A DNA stretch of 61,727 bases from Octopus bimaculoides (GCF_001194135.2 NC_068992.1:55761804-55823530); one strand, 5' to 3'; positions 12,014 to 24,809 are shown, counted from the stretch's first letter. Numbers and translations are program-made. Notes: a model not told the origin generated them from the sequence alone.

Positions 12014-12238
12014 TTAAACCGTTAGCATTTAAACCAACATCCAGCCCAAATATTCTACCTATTTTATGTTGAAACTACCCAGATCCAGCCATTGGCATTT
12101 ATTCTACAATAGCATTCTAGAAATAAATAACTACATCATCGAAATCTCAAAGCTACGAGATAATACATGATTAATTCAAAACACTGTGGATAAATAAGCG
12201 TTACACTTGACAGAGCAATCTGAATGCTAAAGGGTTAA
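12014..12238. mobile_element. piggyBac-like MITE (TTAA-CCCT...AGGG-TTAA type termini)
   Basis: Right end aatgctaaagggTTAA, decayed left end taaaccgttagcattt; a partial inverted copy at about 26725-26840. Confidence 0.5.
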
Positions 12239-12540
12239 CTCACTCAGTCACTGAAACAAATTCTATCGTTATGTCTCTTGAACATTGTGACTCGCACTTT
12301 TAGCGTAACAAATCTAAACATTTGCAATGAATATCACTTTTCTCATAATCACTAACATCATTTGCATTTTGTCCTGTATCTAGTCTTTCATTATTGCTTT
12401 CAATGCGACTAATAAGTATTCATTGAGTTGAATGATTAGCTCTGAAGCCAAATTAATTTTGATATATGAGGCTAGTTTTGCTGAAACAGAAACACACTTG
12501 TTTATGTCTAATTTTCTCGAACTATCTTAATGTAGATTAG

Positions 12541-12585
<45 letters not shown>

Positions 12586-12994
12586 CAAACAAAAAACTAC
12601 AGACTGGTTGTTAGTTTGGCAGTTTTAGTATGATAATTTCTTAAACTAGTTCACATGGTTCAAACAAAATAGAAAGTTTTGGTTTTTAAGAAAGTGTCTG
12701 GTTAATTAATTTTGTCAGGCTTATGACTAAGAAAAATAAGAATAAGAATAAAAATATAAACGAATGATTTTGGAAAACTTCATTATATGTAATACAATAT
12801 ATTTTAAAGCTGATTCATTTTTTTTTTTTTTAATCTCTAAAATTTATCTGTAAATTTTCATTTCATTATTTGTCCCATTGCAAGAGAGGAAAAAAAAAGA
12901 TCTTGCCAGAAGCCAGCATTTAGTGTTTTCAGTTAGTGAAGCTTTTCGAGTTAGGTAGGATGGAGTCCTCCTCCTCTTCCTCCTCCTCCTCAAA

Positions 12995-13330
12995 CGCAAA
13001 GAACTACATTCTTCAAGACGACAATGCACCTTATCACCGAGCTCTCCTCACTCATGAGTTTCTAACCAAAAACATGGTATCACTTCTGCAACCCTCCCTA
13101 TTCACCAGATTTAGCACCTGCAGGCTTCTGTCTCTTCCCCAAAATAAAAATGGCAGCTCAAAGGTCACTGTTTTAACATCGTTGTTGAAATCCAGAGCAA
13201 ATTGCTTATGGAAAATGACTCCCAGGTTGGATTCCAAAAGTGACAGGGATGCTGGGACCGGTGTATTGCTGTACAAGGTGACTATTTCGAAGGAGATGAT
13301 GTTAAAACTTAGGTAAATAAGTTATTTTTT
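12995..13330 (+). mobile_element. Mariner transposase C-terminal relic
   Basis: ILQDDNAPYHRALLTHEFLTKN..(fs)..PYSPDLAP..FCLFPKIK...WDRCIAVQGDYFEGD. Confidence 0.88.
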
Positions 13331-14432
13331 TGGTGGTGGTGGTGGTGGTGGTATTGGTGGTGGTAGTGGTGGTTGCCATTGTTGTCGTCGTCATCGTTGT
13401 TGTCATTGTTGTGGTCATTGTCAACACCCTCGTGGTGGTGATGATGATGGTGGTGGTGGTGGTGGCGGCGGTGGTGGTGGTGGTATTGGNNNNNNNNNNN
13501 NNNNNNNNNNNNNNNNNNNNNNNNNNNNNNNNNNNNNNNNNNNNNNNNNNNNNNNNNNNNNNNNNNNNNNNNNNNNNNNNNNNNNNNNNNNNNNNNNNNN
13601 NNNNNNNNNNNNNNNNNNNNNNNNNNNNNNNNNNNNNNNNNNNNNNNNNNNNNNNNNNNNNNNNNNNNNNNNNNNNNNNNNNNNNNNNNNNNNNNNNNNN
13701 NNNNNNNNNNNNNNNNNNNNNNNNNNNNNNNNNNNNNNNNNNNNNNNNNNNNNNNNNNNNNNNNNNNNNNNNNNNNNNNNNNNNNNNNNNNNNNNNNNNN
13801 NNNNNNNNNNNNNNNNNNNNNNNGCTGTACAAGGTGACTATTTCGAAGGAGATGATGTTAAAACTTAGGTAAATAAGTTATTTTTTTGGTGGTGGTGGTG
13901 GTGGTGGCACCGGTGATGATAGTGGTAGTGGTGATGATAATACATTGGTTTTCATTGGATAAAACCCCCAAGTGCAATGAAACTAATCCAAGAAATCATC
14001 CATCTTTTCAGTATATAGAAGCCTGTATGTAGGCCAATGACTACTGAAATGGTAGGTTCTATATTCCTCACAGCAATTCTATTTATCTAATTCTTCAAAG
14101 GACTCTCTTCAAATTTTCTTTGCTACTTAAATTACATGATCAAAGCGTCTGCCATAGCGACAGAAAACTTTAAATCTATCAGAGACATAACAAGAAACTG
14201 TCTATAAATTTCATGTGAGCACAATACCTATACTAATGAACTATTCTTAATACCAACACTAACGAACTATTCTGTAAAGCTGAATTTTGATAAGCCTAAA
14301 TACATTATCATTCTAAGAAAAAAAAATGTAATGAGTAACGGATAAATTAAATTTTACTCTTAAATATTAAAAAAAAAAAAGATTTTTATATTCCACTTAT
14401 TGTTTATTTCAGAACATCCTTCAGATTTGCTT

Positions 14433-14598
14433 ATAAGCAAGTGTGGCAGTGTGGTAAGAAGTTTGCTTCCCAACCACATAGTCCTAGGTTCAGTCCCACT
14501 GTTTGGCACCTTGGGCAAGTGTCTTCTACTATAGCTTCAGGTCAACCAAGCCCCTGTGAGTGGATTTGGTAGACGGAAACTGAAAGAAGAAGCCCATC

Positions 14599-14651
<53 letters not shown>

Positions 14652-14660
14652 CATACATAC
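14433..14660 (+). mobile_element. Family B SINE, 5' half
   Basis: Head plus CORE-like region ending in (TA)n; a further inverted head fragment lies at 14782-14928. Confidence 0.8.
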
Positions 14661-14929
14661 ATAAATGTCACACAATGAGAATGAGTGCTCAACACTGCAC
14701 TGATGGATAAAATTTCTTTATTTGTGTATTAAGGCTACCATTGGTTTCATGTTGAGATAAATATCTTAATATCTTAACAATTTTTCAAGCCAATCACATA
14801 CTAAATTCCATCACAAGGCACTGGTCTCTCTGGGAGTATAATAGAAGACACTGGCTGAAAGTGCCACTCAATGAGACTGAACCCCAAACCACATGGTTAC
14901 AAAGTAAGCTTCTTAATCACACAACCATT

Positions 14930-15527
14930 TTAGCACACTCCGGAAATATAAAAAGTAAACGTGACCTTGATGGTATTTGAACTCGTATCCTGAAGGTATT
15001 TTGTCCGATGCTCTAATGATTCTGCCAATAATAATAATAATTCCCTCGATAATAATAATAATTTTCTAACATAGGCACAAAGCTGGAAATTTGTGGGGAA
15101 AGGGTTAGTCAATTAAACTGACCCTAGTACTTCATTGAAACTTTATTTCATGAACCCGGGAAGGATAAAAGCAAAACCAATCTTGTCAGGATTTGAACTT
15201 AGAGTATAAAGAACTGAAACAAATATCACAAGGTATTTTATTCACTGCTCTACCAATTCAGCCAACCCATTGTCCTAATAATATTTTGCACTATAGGCAC
15301 AAGAGCAGAAATTTTGAGAGCGGGGTCCAGTCAATTACATCAACCCCAGTACGCAACTAGTACTTACCTCATCAACCCCAAGAGGATGAAAGGCAAGGTT
15401 AACCTCAGCGGAATTTGAACTCAGAACTAAATGCACACACCCCAGCAACACGGAGGTGTAGGAGGTGATGCAGTAGAAATTTGCCTCAATCTACCAAATA
15501 TTGAAAAGTTATATAATAATAATAATG

Positions 15528-15570
<43 letters not shown>

Positions 15571-15852
15571 TAATAATAATGATGATTTTAAATTTTGGCA
15601 CAAGGCCAGCAATTTCTAATAATAATAATAATAATCTATTCTACTAAAGGTACAAGGTCTGAAATTTGTGGGTGGTTGGAAGACTAGCCAATTACATCGA
15701 CCCCAGTGTTTAACTGGTACTTAATTTATCAACCCCGTAAGGATGAATGGCAAAGTCGACCTCAGCAGAATTTGAACTCAGAACGTAATGACAGATGAAA
15801 TGCTGCTTAGCATTTTGCCTGGCATGCTAACGATTCTGCCAACTCACCACCT
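14930..15852 (-). mobile_element. Chain of about five family A SINE copies or fragments separated by (TAA)n
   Basis: Recurrent atttgaactc, aggcacaa(g/a) tail and ttctgccaa head motifs; the best copy is 15630-15852. Confidence 0.8.
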
Positions 15853-15868
15853 TGAAATAATAATAATA

Positions 15869-15930
<62 letters not shown>

Positions 15931-16039
15931 TAATATTCATGGTCTCACAACAAACAGATCTTCAAATGATTATGATGCAAGAAATATGTTGGAAGCATTA
16001 GAAACCGATATTGATTAGATAAGCATCGCTGTCTCCTAC

Positions 16040-16174
16040 CTTTGCCCCACAAGCAGAATCGGTCATCAAAATATATTTCTTCTTTATCATGCTCTATTTC
16101 GGTTCTCCTGCTACCGTTGTCCATTAATTCACACCATTTTGCCCGAGCTGCTCCTTTGAAGTAAATAGTAACAC
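16040..16174 (-). CDS. ARRDC: Alpha-arrestin coding exon 2 (135 nt, phase 1-1)
   Basis: Acceptor ttttctttcccccAG, donor AAG|GTAGGA. Joins exon 1 in phase to give (G)VTIYFKGAARAKWCELMDNGSRRTEIEHDKEEIYFDDRFCLWGK, matching the arrestin pattern G...F.G.A...W.E....E.YF....LWG. Confidence 0.92.
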
Positions 16175-17027
16175 CTGGGGGAAAGAAAATCATTGTCATA
16201 TAGTTTTGAACAGTTTATTGATTTTTGCACACAGGTAACACGAATATTTGTATAGTTCCTTTTATCTAAAAATACATACATACAAACAAACATGTGTGTG
16301 TGAGCGTGTACTTATATACACACATACACACATGCAAAAATGCATATTCATACTTATACATTATGTATATTTACATTCTTAAATGTTTAGATAGTTATAA
16401 CATGCTAACTTCTTATACAATTTATATACACATATACATTATCATGTAGATATATTCATCCATTTATAGAAGTTATCTATACCTTATTCACTCCTTTGTA
16501 TGCGTGTGTGTGTGTGTATTATATAACCTATAAAGAACAATTCCTTCATTTGTTATATANNNNNNNNNNNNNNNNNNNNNNNNNNNNNNNNNNNNNNNNN
16601 NNNNNNNNNNNNNNNNNNNNNNNNNNNNNNNNNNNNNNNNNNNNNNNNNNNNNNNNNNNNNNNNNNNNNNNNNNNNNNNNNNNNNNNNNNNNNNNNNNNN
16701 NNNNNNNNNNNNNNNNNNNNNNNNNNNNNNNNNNNNNNNNNNNNNNNNNNNNNNNNNNNNNNNNNNNNNNNNNNNNNNNNNNNNNNNNNNNNNNNNNNNN
16801 NNNNNNNNNNNNNNNNNNNNNNNNNNNNNNNNNNNNNNNNNNNNNNNNNNNNNNNNNNNNNNNNNNNNNNNNNNNNNNNNNNNNNNNNNNNNNNNNNNNN
16901 NNNNNNNNNNNNNNNNNNNNNNNNNNNNNNNNNNNNNNNNNNNNNNNNNNNNNNNNNNNNNNNNNNNNNNNNNNNNNNNNNNNNNNNNNNNNNNNNNNNN
17001 NNNNATATATATATATATATATATATT

Positions 17028-17261
17028 CTTTTACCTGCTTCAGTCATTTGACTGCAGCCATGCTGGAACACGGAACACTGCCTTGGAGAGTTTTAGTCAA
17101 ACAAATAGACCCCGGGACTTATTCTTTGTAAGCCTAGTACTTATTCTATCAATTTCTTTTGCCAAACCACTAGGTTATGGGTACGTAAACACACCAACAT
17201 CAGTTGTCAAATGATGATGGGGCGGACAAACTCAGACACAAAGACATACACATAAATATAT

Positions 17262-17338
<77 letters not shown>

Positions 17339-17339
17339 C

Positions 17340-17415
<76 letters not shown>

Positions 17416-17436
17416 ATGTATGACAGGCTTCTTTAT
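17028..17436 (-). mobile_element. Family B SINE, 3' half plus microsatellite
   Basis: cagtcatttgactgcagccatgctgg...acaccaacatcagttgtcaa...acaggcttcttt. Confidence 0.8.
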
Positions 17437-17933
17437 AGTTTGAATTTACAGAAAAAAAAGACGAACACAGGTGAGGAAACAACAAGCAGATGTACTAGTT
17501 TGAAGTTTGGGAAAAATGGAAAAGGCTTTGACATTTTGAGCCTATGCTCTTTGACAGAAAGGATTGAGAGAGAAAAAAATGGAGAGAGAATGAAAAACAA
17601 AATGGAAAGAGAAAAAAATGTGTAGGGATAAACATGATGAAATGTCTGGAAGAAAGCGGCTGAGTGAAAGGGAGATAATAACGGTTACCCAACTGAACTA
17701 GGGTGCACAAATATATGTGTGTATGTGAGAATGGTGTGTGTAAGTTTGTATGTGTGAATGGGGACGAGTGCAATTGAATGTGTGTGGGTGAGCATATAAT
17801 TATGTAGGCCCATGTGTATGGGAGTGTGTGTGTGCGTGTGTACATGGATAAGTAACCTAATGCATGCATTTTGTGGAGTGATGTGTGTTTCATATATTTG
17901 TGTGTTTCAGTGCTTGTGTGTGTGTGTGTGTGT

Positions 17934-17976
<43 letters not shown>

Positions 17977-18271
17977 AGCGTGAGTGCATCTAGACATGTG
18001 CATATGTGAGTGAGGCTTTGTATAGTAAGTGTGCACATAGGTGGATGTGTATCACCAAAGTTTTCAACTCTATTTCCAATTAGTTACATGTTTATAACCA
18101 AAATGCTCGACAATTCTTTATTACAAACACAAAATGTCAGATAGCAAACCACTTCTCAGGCCATCAACCCTATGCAGATCAAATTAACAACAGATCCAGA
18201 ATCTACAGTCTCTCAAATGGAACCAGCAAAGATGCATCCTTCTACCCATTATTTTTCCCCCATACCACTAT

Positions 18272-18472
18272 CATCATCATCATCGTCATCATCATTTAAC
18301 GTCCGCTTTCCATGCTAGAATGGGTTGGACGATTTGACTGAGGACTGGTGCAACCGGATGGCTACACCAGGCTCCAATTTAATTTGGCAGAGTTTCTACA
18401 GCTGGATGCCCTTCCTAACGCCAACCACTCAGAGAGTGTAGTGGGTGCTTTTACGTGTCACCCGCACGTGTG
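18272..18472 (-). mobile_element. Family C retroelement 3' end (aggaagggcatccagc core, (GAT)n tail)
   Basis: Near-identical to 19518-19700; truncated by a gap. Confidence 0.8.
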
Positions 18473-18752
18473 TATNNNNNNNNNNNNNNNNNNNNNNNNN
18501 NNNNNNNNNNNNNNNNNNNNNNNNNNNNNNNNNNNNNNNNNNNNNNNNNNNNNNNNNNNNNNNNNNNNNNNNNNNNNNNNNNNNNNNNNNNNNNNNNNNN
18601 NNNNNNNNNNNNNNNNNNNNNNNNNNNNNNNNNNNNNNNNNNNNNNNNNNNNNNNNNNNNNNNNNNNNNNNNNNNNNNNNNNNNNNNNNNNNNNNNNNNN
18701 NNNNNNNNNNNNNNNNNNNNNNNNNNNNNNNNNNNNNNNNNNNNNNNNNNNN

Positions 18753-18783
<31 letters not shown>

Positions 18784-18918
18784 TATAAACATACACACAC
18801 ACACACACACACATAAATAATTAATAGCAATAGAAGCAGTTTAAATAGCAAAAGGTATTCTTAGTGTGGAGGTTGTATTAGAAAACAGAATGCTGCATTA
18901 TTTACCCTGACAGGATCT

Positions 18919-18949
<31 letters not shown>

Positions 18950-19151
18950 GTATGTCATTATTCAGTTTGTTTCAAGATTTCTTGCCAATAGAGAAAGAAC
19001 CGGTTTCTAACCTAAATCCAAGGCTCCTTCATTGGAATTTCAACATCAACAGTAGGATATTTTTGTTTGTATGTATATGTGAAGATTTGTATGTTTTTTT
19101 TTATGTATGTATTCTCATGCATATAGTTACATATCTAGACATGCTCATATA

Positions 19152-19490
19152 TTGGGTCATCCCATAAATAATGTGGGGTTTTTTTTTCAATTGCATGAGC
19201 TAAAAGTCAGAAGGGTCATGATAAACTACCTGTATCAGCTTGTTATAAAAGCAGGTAGTAATTTTACTTTGACTTATTCTTAGTGCAAGTTTTGAAGAGT
19301 GCAGTTCGATTTTAGCAGTTATTTTTTCAAAGTTATAATAGAAATGACAAAGGTGCACATTCAGTATATTTTGTTTTACAAGTTCAATAAAGGCAAACAA
19401 CACAACAGAAAGTATGAGGAATATTAATGCAGTATATGGGGATTGGACAATAAGCATAAGCCAGTGTTAAGGATGGTTTGAGAAATTCCA
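19152..19490 (+). mobile_element. Mariner 5' end: TIR plus transposase N-terminus
   Basis: TA followed by TIR-like ttgggtcatcccataaataatg; ATG at 19344, MTKVHIQYILFYKFNKG..(fs)..NINAVYGD..ISISQC*GWFEKF (HTH region). Confidence 0.78.
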
Positions 19491-19517
19491 CACACACAAA
19501 TATATTCATATATATAT

Positions 19518-19777
19518 CATCATCATCATCGTTTAACGTCCGCTTTCCATGCTAGCATGGGTTGGACGATTTGACTGAGGACTGGTGAAACCGGATGGCA
19601 ACACCAGGCTCCAATCTAATTTGGCAGAGTTTCTACATCTGGATGCCCTTCCTAACGCCAACCACTCAGAGAGTGTAGTGGGTGCTTTTACGTGTCACCC
19701 GCACGAAAACGGCCACGCTCGAAATGGTGTCCTTTATGTGCCACCCGCACAAGCCAGTCCAGGGGCACTGGCAACGA
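19518..19777 (-). mobile_element. Family C retroelement 3' portion, young copy
   Basis: CpGs largely intact; matches 22068-22208 in reverse complement almost perfectly. Confidence 0.85.
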
Positions 19778-19800
19778 TATATATATATATATATATATAC

Positions 19801-19965
19801 ACGATGGGTTTCTTTCAGTTTCCATCTACCAAATCGATTCACAAGGCTTTGGACAACCAGAGGCTATAGTAGAAGACACTTGCCCAAAATGCCACACAGT
19901 GGGACTGAACCTGGAACCATGTGGTTGGGAAGCATGCTTCTTACTACACAACCACATCTATGCAT
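19801..19965 (-). mobile_element. Family B SINE, 5' half
   Basis: tttctttcagtttccatctaccaaat...gggactgaacctggaaccatgtgg. Confidence 0.8.
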
Positions 19966-19975
19966 ATATATATAT

Positions 19976-20196
19976 TATGAGTGGGTGCTGATAGGTTCCT
20001 GGCTTTGGGTAAAAGAAAATACAGGAGGATCAGTTAATCATGATTTTATTCAACATATTCCCCTCTCAGATTCACACACATATTACAGCGGTCCTTCAGT
20101 TTTTCTAAGCCCTGTAAAAGAACTGAGAAGGTTGGGCCTCCAACTAGGCCTTTCATGATACCCTTAAAGCCAGGAACTTTTCAGCACTCCCTTGTA
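19976..20196. mobile_element. Mariner-derived MITE (~220 bp)
   Basis: TA-flanked TIRs gagtgggtgctgataggttcctggcttt / aaagccaggaacttttcagcactccctt; second copy at 26378-26584. Confidence 0.85.
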
Positions 20197-20785
20197 TGAC
20201 TGTAGTACTGATTCTGTCACTTATTATTTGGTCTGGTTTTTGCAGCATGCGTCTTATGTTTCTTTAATGAATGCATCACCATAAATGCTAATGGGAGTTA
20301 TTCATGATATTTAAATGAGCAGAAAGGAAGAAATAATTCTCCATAAACCTTTCAGATTTGCATTATCAACAGCCTCTGTGTGGACTAACATAATCTATGA
20401 TGAATTTTATATATTCTTTGTTCACCTTCATTATTGTTTGTTTGTTGATGGTCAGTCAAATATAATGACTATTGACCTCACTCTCGGGTGTGTTTGTGTT
20501 GTTTTCGGTTATTTATTGTATATTGTATTGTGGGCGAATGTGCGCTTGCATTTGTTTGTGTGTATTTGTGCGTTTGTGTGTGTGTGTGTGTGTGTATTTG
20601 TGTATGTGTGTGTGTGTGTATTTGTGTGTGTGTGTGTGATTGTTTATGTGTGTGTAAAATAAAACTAATAAAAAACACTGATAAACTCGAATGCAGTCAC
20701 ATTCAATTCACTTTTCAATGTTTGAAAGAAAAGCTGTTTCCACATGTACACAAATATATCAGTGTGTGTGTATGTGTGTGTGTGT

Positions 20786-20826
<41 letters not shown>

Positions 20827-21443
20827 TGGGGTACGTTTCAGTGTTGTGGTTGTTTGTGTTTGATGTTGTTGGTGTTGTTGGTAAGAAAGGAGATGGACGG
20901 ATCACATCTTATCAAGAGATTGTTTGGAGCCAGATTTCTACGTAGTTAGCATATTGCTAGAAATATTGTACAGCTATGTTGTGGGGAGCATGTATGAAGC
21001 TGTATATAACCAATAACATCGTTGTTGTCACCGCCACCACCATGGTCATTGCCGTTGCCACCACCTTCACTTGGTGTCCTTAATATTAAAACACCTCAAC
21101 TCAAGTTAATTCTACAAATAATTAATTAATTATATATATATATAGAGAGAGAGGGCGGGAGAAGGAGAGAGAGGGGGAGAGAGAGAGAGAGGGAGAGAGA
21201 GAGAGAGATAAATAGATAATTGCATGTAAATATTGGAGCTGAAAAGGTCAAAAGGAGCCTTCAACCTTTTCTGTTAAAAAGGGGTTTACAACCCAAATTT
21301 TACATGCTATTATTTATAGCCTTGTGTGCTTCAAGATCCACTGTTCAAAAAAGGAATTATTTCTTGTTCTCTTGAAAGTTTCTAAATTCTTACAACATCA
21401 GCAATAGGTATAAATACATAAATACATACATACATACATACAT

Positions 21444-21474
<31 letters not shown>

Positions 21475-21659
21475 TACATACAAGTTTAGGTTTATACCTA
21501 TAATTATCGGGGCTCTGGGATATGTAACACATTGCCTAAATACTAATCTTGAGAAATTAGGCTTCTCAAAACCAGAAAGGAGAAAGCTGATTTGAAGACT
21601 ACAGATCCAAGCCATCACTGGAACTGTAAAAACCTGTAAAATGTCCCAGAAGTTTAAAT

Positions 21660-21990
21660 ATATTAGATCATCATATAAATAATGCAGATGAAAAATATTT
21701 CTGCAGTACTGTTCTGACCTCGTCTACAGAATTCATATTTTTGCCATCTTAATTATTTTGAAGGCTGTGGAATAAATGATAATCAGGTGGGGAAATGTCT
21801 GGCAAATATGGTAGGTGGGGCATCATTTTCCATTCAAACTAAACTGTTCCAGCCTTTGGAATGTCATCCACTCTGTATGCGGCTGAAGGTGATCCTTCCA
21901 AGTTCTTTTACAGGGCTTAGAAAACCTGAAGACCACTGCAATACGTGTGTGAATCCAAGAGGGGAATATGTCGAATAAAATCATAATTAA
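21660..21990. mobile_element. Composite of two mariner C-terminal fragments in opposite orientation
   Basis: Minus 21660-21870 reads MMPHLPYLPDISPPDYHLFHSLQNN*DGK...VDEVR; plus 21900-21978 reads FTGLRKPEDHCNTCVNPRGEYVE*. Confidence 0.72.
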
Positions 21991-22010
21991 CTTATCCTCC
22001 TGCTAATATA

Positions 22011-22067
<57 letters not shown>

Positions 22068-22208
22068 ACATTAGGAAGGGCATCCAGCTGTAGAAACTCT
22101 GCCAAATTAGATTGGAGCCTGGTGTTGCCATCCGGTTTCACCAGTCCTCAGTCAAATCGTCCAACCCATGCTAGCATGGAAAGCGGACGTTAAACGATGA
22201 TGATGATA
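22068..22208 (+). mobile_element. Family C retroelement 3' end
   Basis: ttaggaagggcatccagctgtagaaactctgcc...gcggacgttaaacgatgatgatg. Confidence 0.85.
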
Positions 22209-22844
22209 TGAAAAAAATGTGTAGAGATGGCTATTTTGAGGATAATTCTTATTGTAATCTTGATAATAATGTTTACAGTAAGTTACTCTGATATGAGTTT
22301 TGAGTTTCAAATAGACATTTCCAAACTGAATAAAATGTATGTTTTACTAGTTACTTAAACAGCAGAGGTTTTTTTCTTACTAGTATACATACAAAAAAAA
22401 TACACACAAAAGAGGGAAAAACATTATATATATATATATAAAATACAAACGCATGTGAGAAGGAGGAGGAGGAGGGGAGGAAGAGGAGAATAAACGTAAA
22501 TGAAATAAAGAAAAAAGAAAAATAAATATATAAAAATAAAAAAATATAAGAATAAAGATAAGACTAATAGTGATTGATAAGAGTGTGGAGGGGAGTTAAG
22601 TCCATCAAGTATAAAGAAAGAGTGATCAATAATGTTGCGTTCTGGTCAATAGATGAAAGTAGGGACGAAGTAAGTAGGGACGAAGTAAGTTCGCGTGTTT
22701 GCTCGGCGATAGCCAAGGAAGAAAAGGATTCGTGACCGGAAGCATGTGACCATGCAGGGGTAAGGGAGAAAGAGAGAGAGTGGTAGAGGGAGAAACAAAG
22801 GGAGGAAGTAGAAGAATAGGTGAGCAACGAGAGAAAGAGAGGAA

Positions 22845-22975
22845 GAGAGGAATATAGTAGTAACAGAAGGAAGTACAAGGGGGGAAAGAGAGAGATATAG
22901 TAATAACAGAAGGAAGAACGAGAGGGGTAAAGAGAGATACGTAGTAGTAACAGAGGAAGAACGAGAGGGGGAAAA
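22845..22975. repeat. Purine-rich minisatellite, ~42-bp unit, about 3 copies
   Basis: Unit approximately gagagatatagtaataacagaaggaagaacgagaggggtaaa. Confidence 0.65.
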
Positions 22976-23231
22976 AGTGATAGAGAAAGAAATAGAGTCA
23001 CGTCAGAAAATATAAAGTTGAAATAACTACTTACAACGGTGATGATGCTGGCGTTCGGTCATGTAAAAACAATAATAAATGAGGACATGCATATCTACGT
23101 ACAGGTATGTGCATACCTACGTCTACCTGTATATATAGGTGCATATCTGGGTACAGGACATTGCAAACAAAACGTAGACAAGAAAATAATAATAACCAGA
23201 GTACAGAAAACACACAAGCTACCCCCCCCCC

Positions 23232-23630
23232 ATTTCAGTCATTTGACTGTGGCCATGCTGGAGCACCACCTTGATGGGTTTTAGTCAAACAAATCAACCC
23301 CAGGACTTTATGTTTTTGAAGCCTAGTACTTGTTCTATTGGTCCCTTTTGCCAAATCACTAAGTCATGGGGAAGTAAACACACCAACACCAGTTGTCAAG
23401 CAGCGATGAGGGGACAAACACAGACACAAAGACACACACACACACACACATAAATATACATATATATATACGACGGGCTTCTTTCAGTTTCTGTCTCCCA
23501 GATCCACTCACAAGGCTTTGGTTGGCCTGAGGCTATAGTATAAGACAATTGTTCAAGAAACCACACTGTGGGACTGAACCCGGAACCAAATAGTTGGGAA
23601 GCAAGTTTCTTACCACACAACCACGCCTGT
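23232..23630 (-). mobile_element. Family B SINE, full length
   Basis: Complete tail, microsatellite and head; an extra head fragment at 23855-23935. Confidence 0.85.
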
Positions 23631-23774
23631 GTGTGTGTGTGTGTGATGTAAGAAGAGTAAAACATCGTCATGCTTACATCGACAACATGATTGCAGACAC
23701 TGGCCTGGAATGTATCCAGGACCTAAAGGCAGGGATGACGGACCAAGAAATTTGACCCAAGTTGAAACGCGACC

Positions 23775-23808
<34 letters not shown>

Positions 23809-24809
23809 TAATAATAATAATGCATGTGTGCATACATACATATGTACAACAGGCCCAAGATGCTATGTGGTGGAACTGAACTCAAAACCACATGGTTGGG
23901 AAGCAAGCTTCTTAACCATACAGCCACACTTGCACCCAAGCAAAATAATGTAGAGACAGAAGACAGGAGCAATAGAGTGTCAAACTAAATGGTTTGCATT
24001 ATTTACTTTCGTTACTGTAGGGTCTGGATTCAAATTCTACGAAGGTCAAATTTTTCTTTCCATTTCACTTGTGGCCAATGAAATAGTTGTTATATAATTA
24101 GGTCAGTGTTAATCAACTATTCTAGTCTTCTGTTACAAATTTGAGGACTTAAGCTAATAAAAGAGAAAAAAATCAATACATTATACCCTGAAGCTTGTTC
24201 ACCCTTTAAATTTGGAGTGATCAATAATTGAAGGTATCTGATAAATGGAAGTTATCAATAAGCGATTCTGATTATAAGAATATTTTTAAAAAGTATAAAA
24301 ATTCAATTTAAAGATATTAATTTTCACAATATTTTGGCAGCTAACATGACAAGCTCAAACTCTAATTAGCATAGCTAAAAGGGGATAAATGGCAACCAAC
24401 AACACAAATTTAATGTTTGATGTAGTTAACGGTTTAGAAAAGAAGTAGGTGGGGGAATTCCATATGGTTTCTAATGCAAATTAAGGTACAAAAGATGTGC
24501 TGTTGGAGGATTGCAGACCGACTAACAGAGAAGGTCTCTGTATGCTGTACACGGCAGATTATGTATGAGCAGGGTTAATTAACAAGAATACCTATGAAAT
24601 AACAATGATGAACATAATCATTCATAACACGTGGCAGTTTTGAAAGTGAATATGTTAATTGCTTTTGTATTTTGCTTTTGGAAAACAAATACTCTTGTCA
24701 GACAGCATATGTTCATGACACACACATTCCAGCAACATAGGTGGACTCTAAGACACCAGTATTTTGATATCATTGTATCTCTTCAGTCAAAGATACGTCT
24801 GGAATCTCT

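Noticed and set aside
13268-13906. Identical ~80-bp segment on both sides of the gap (13268-13349 and 13824-13906)
   Set aside because: Perfect identity flanking an N-run at a (GGT)n repeat points to unmerged contig overlap, not a real duplication.
22720-22750. Possible MondoA/ChREBP response element (relevant to TXNIP/ARRDC4)
   Set aside because: The two E-box-like half sites are imperfect and 8 nt apart, not the required 5.
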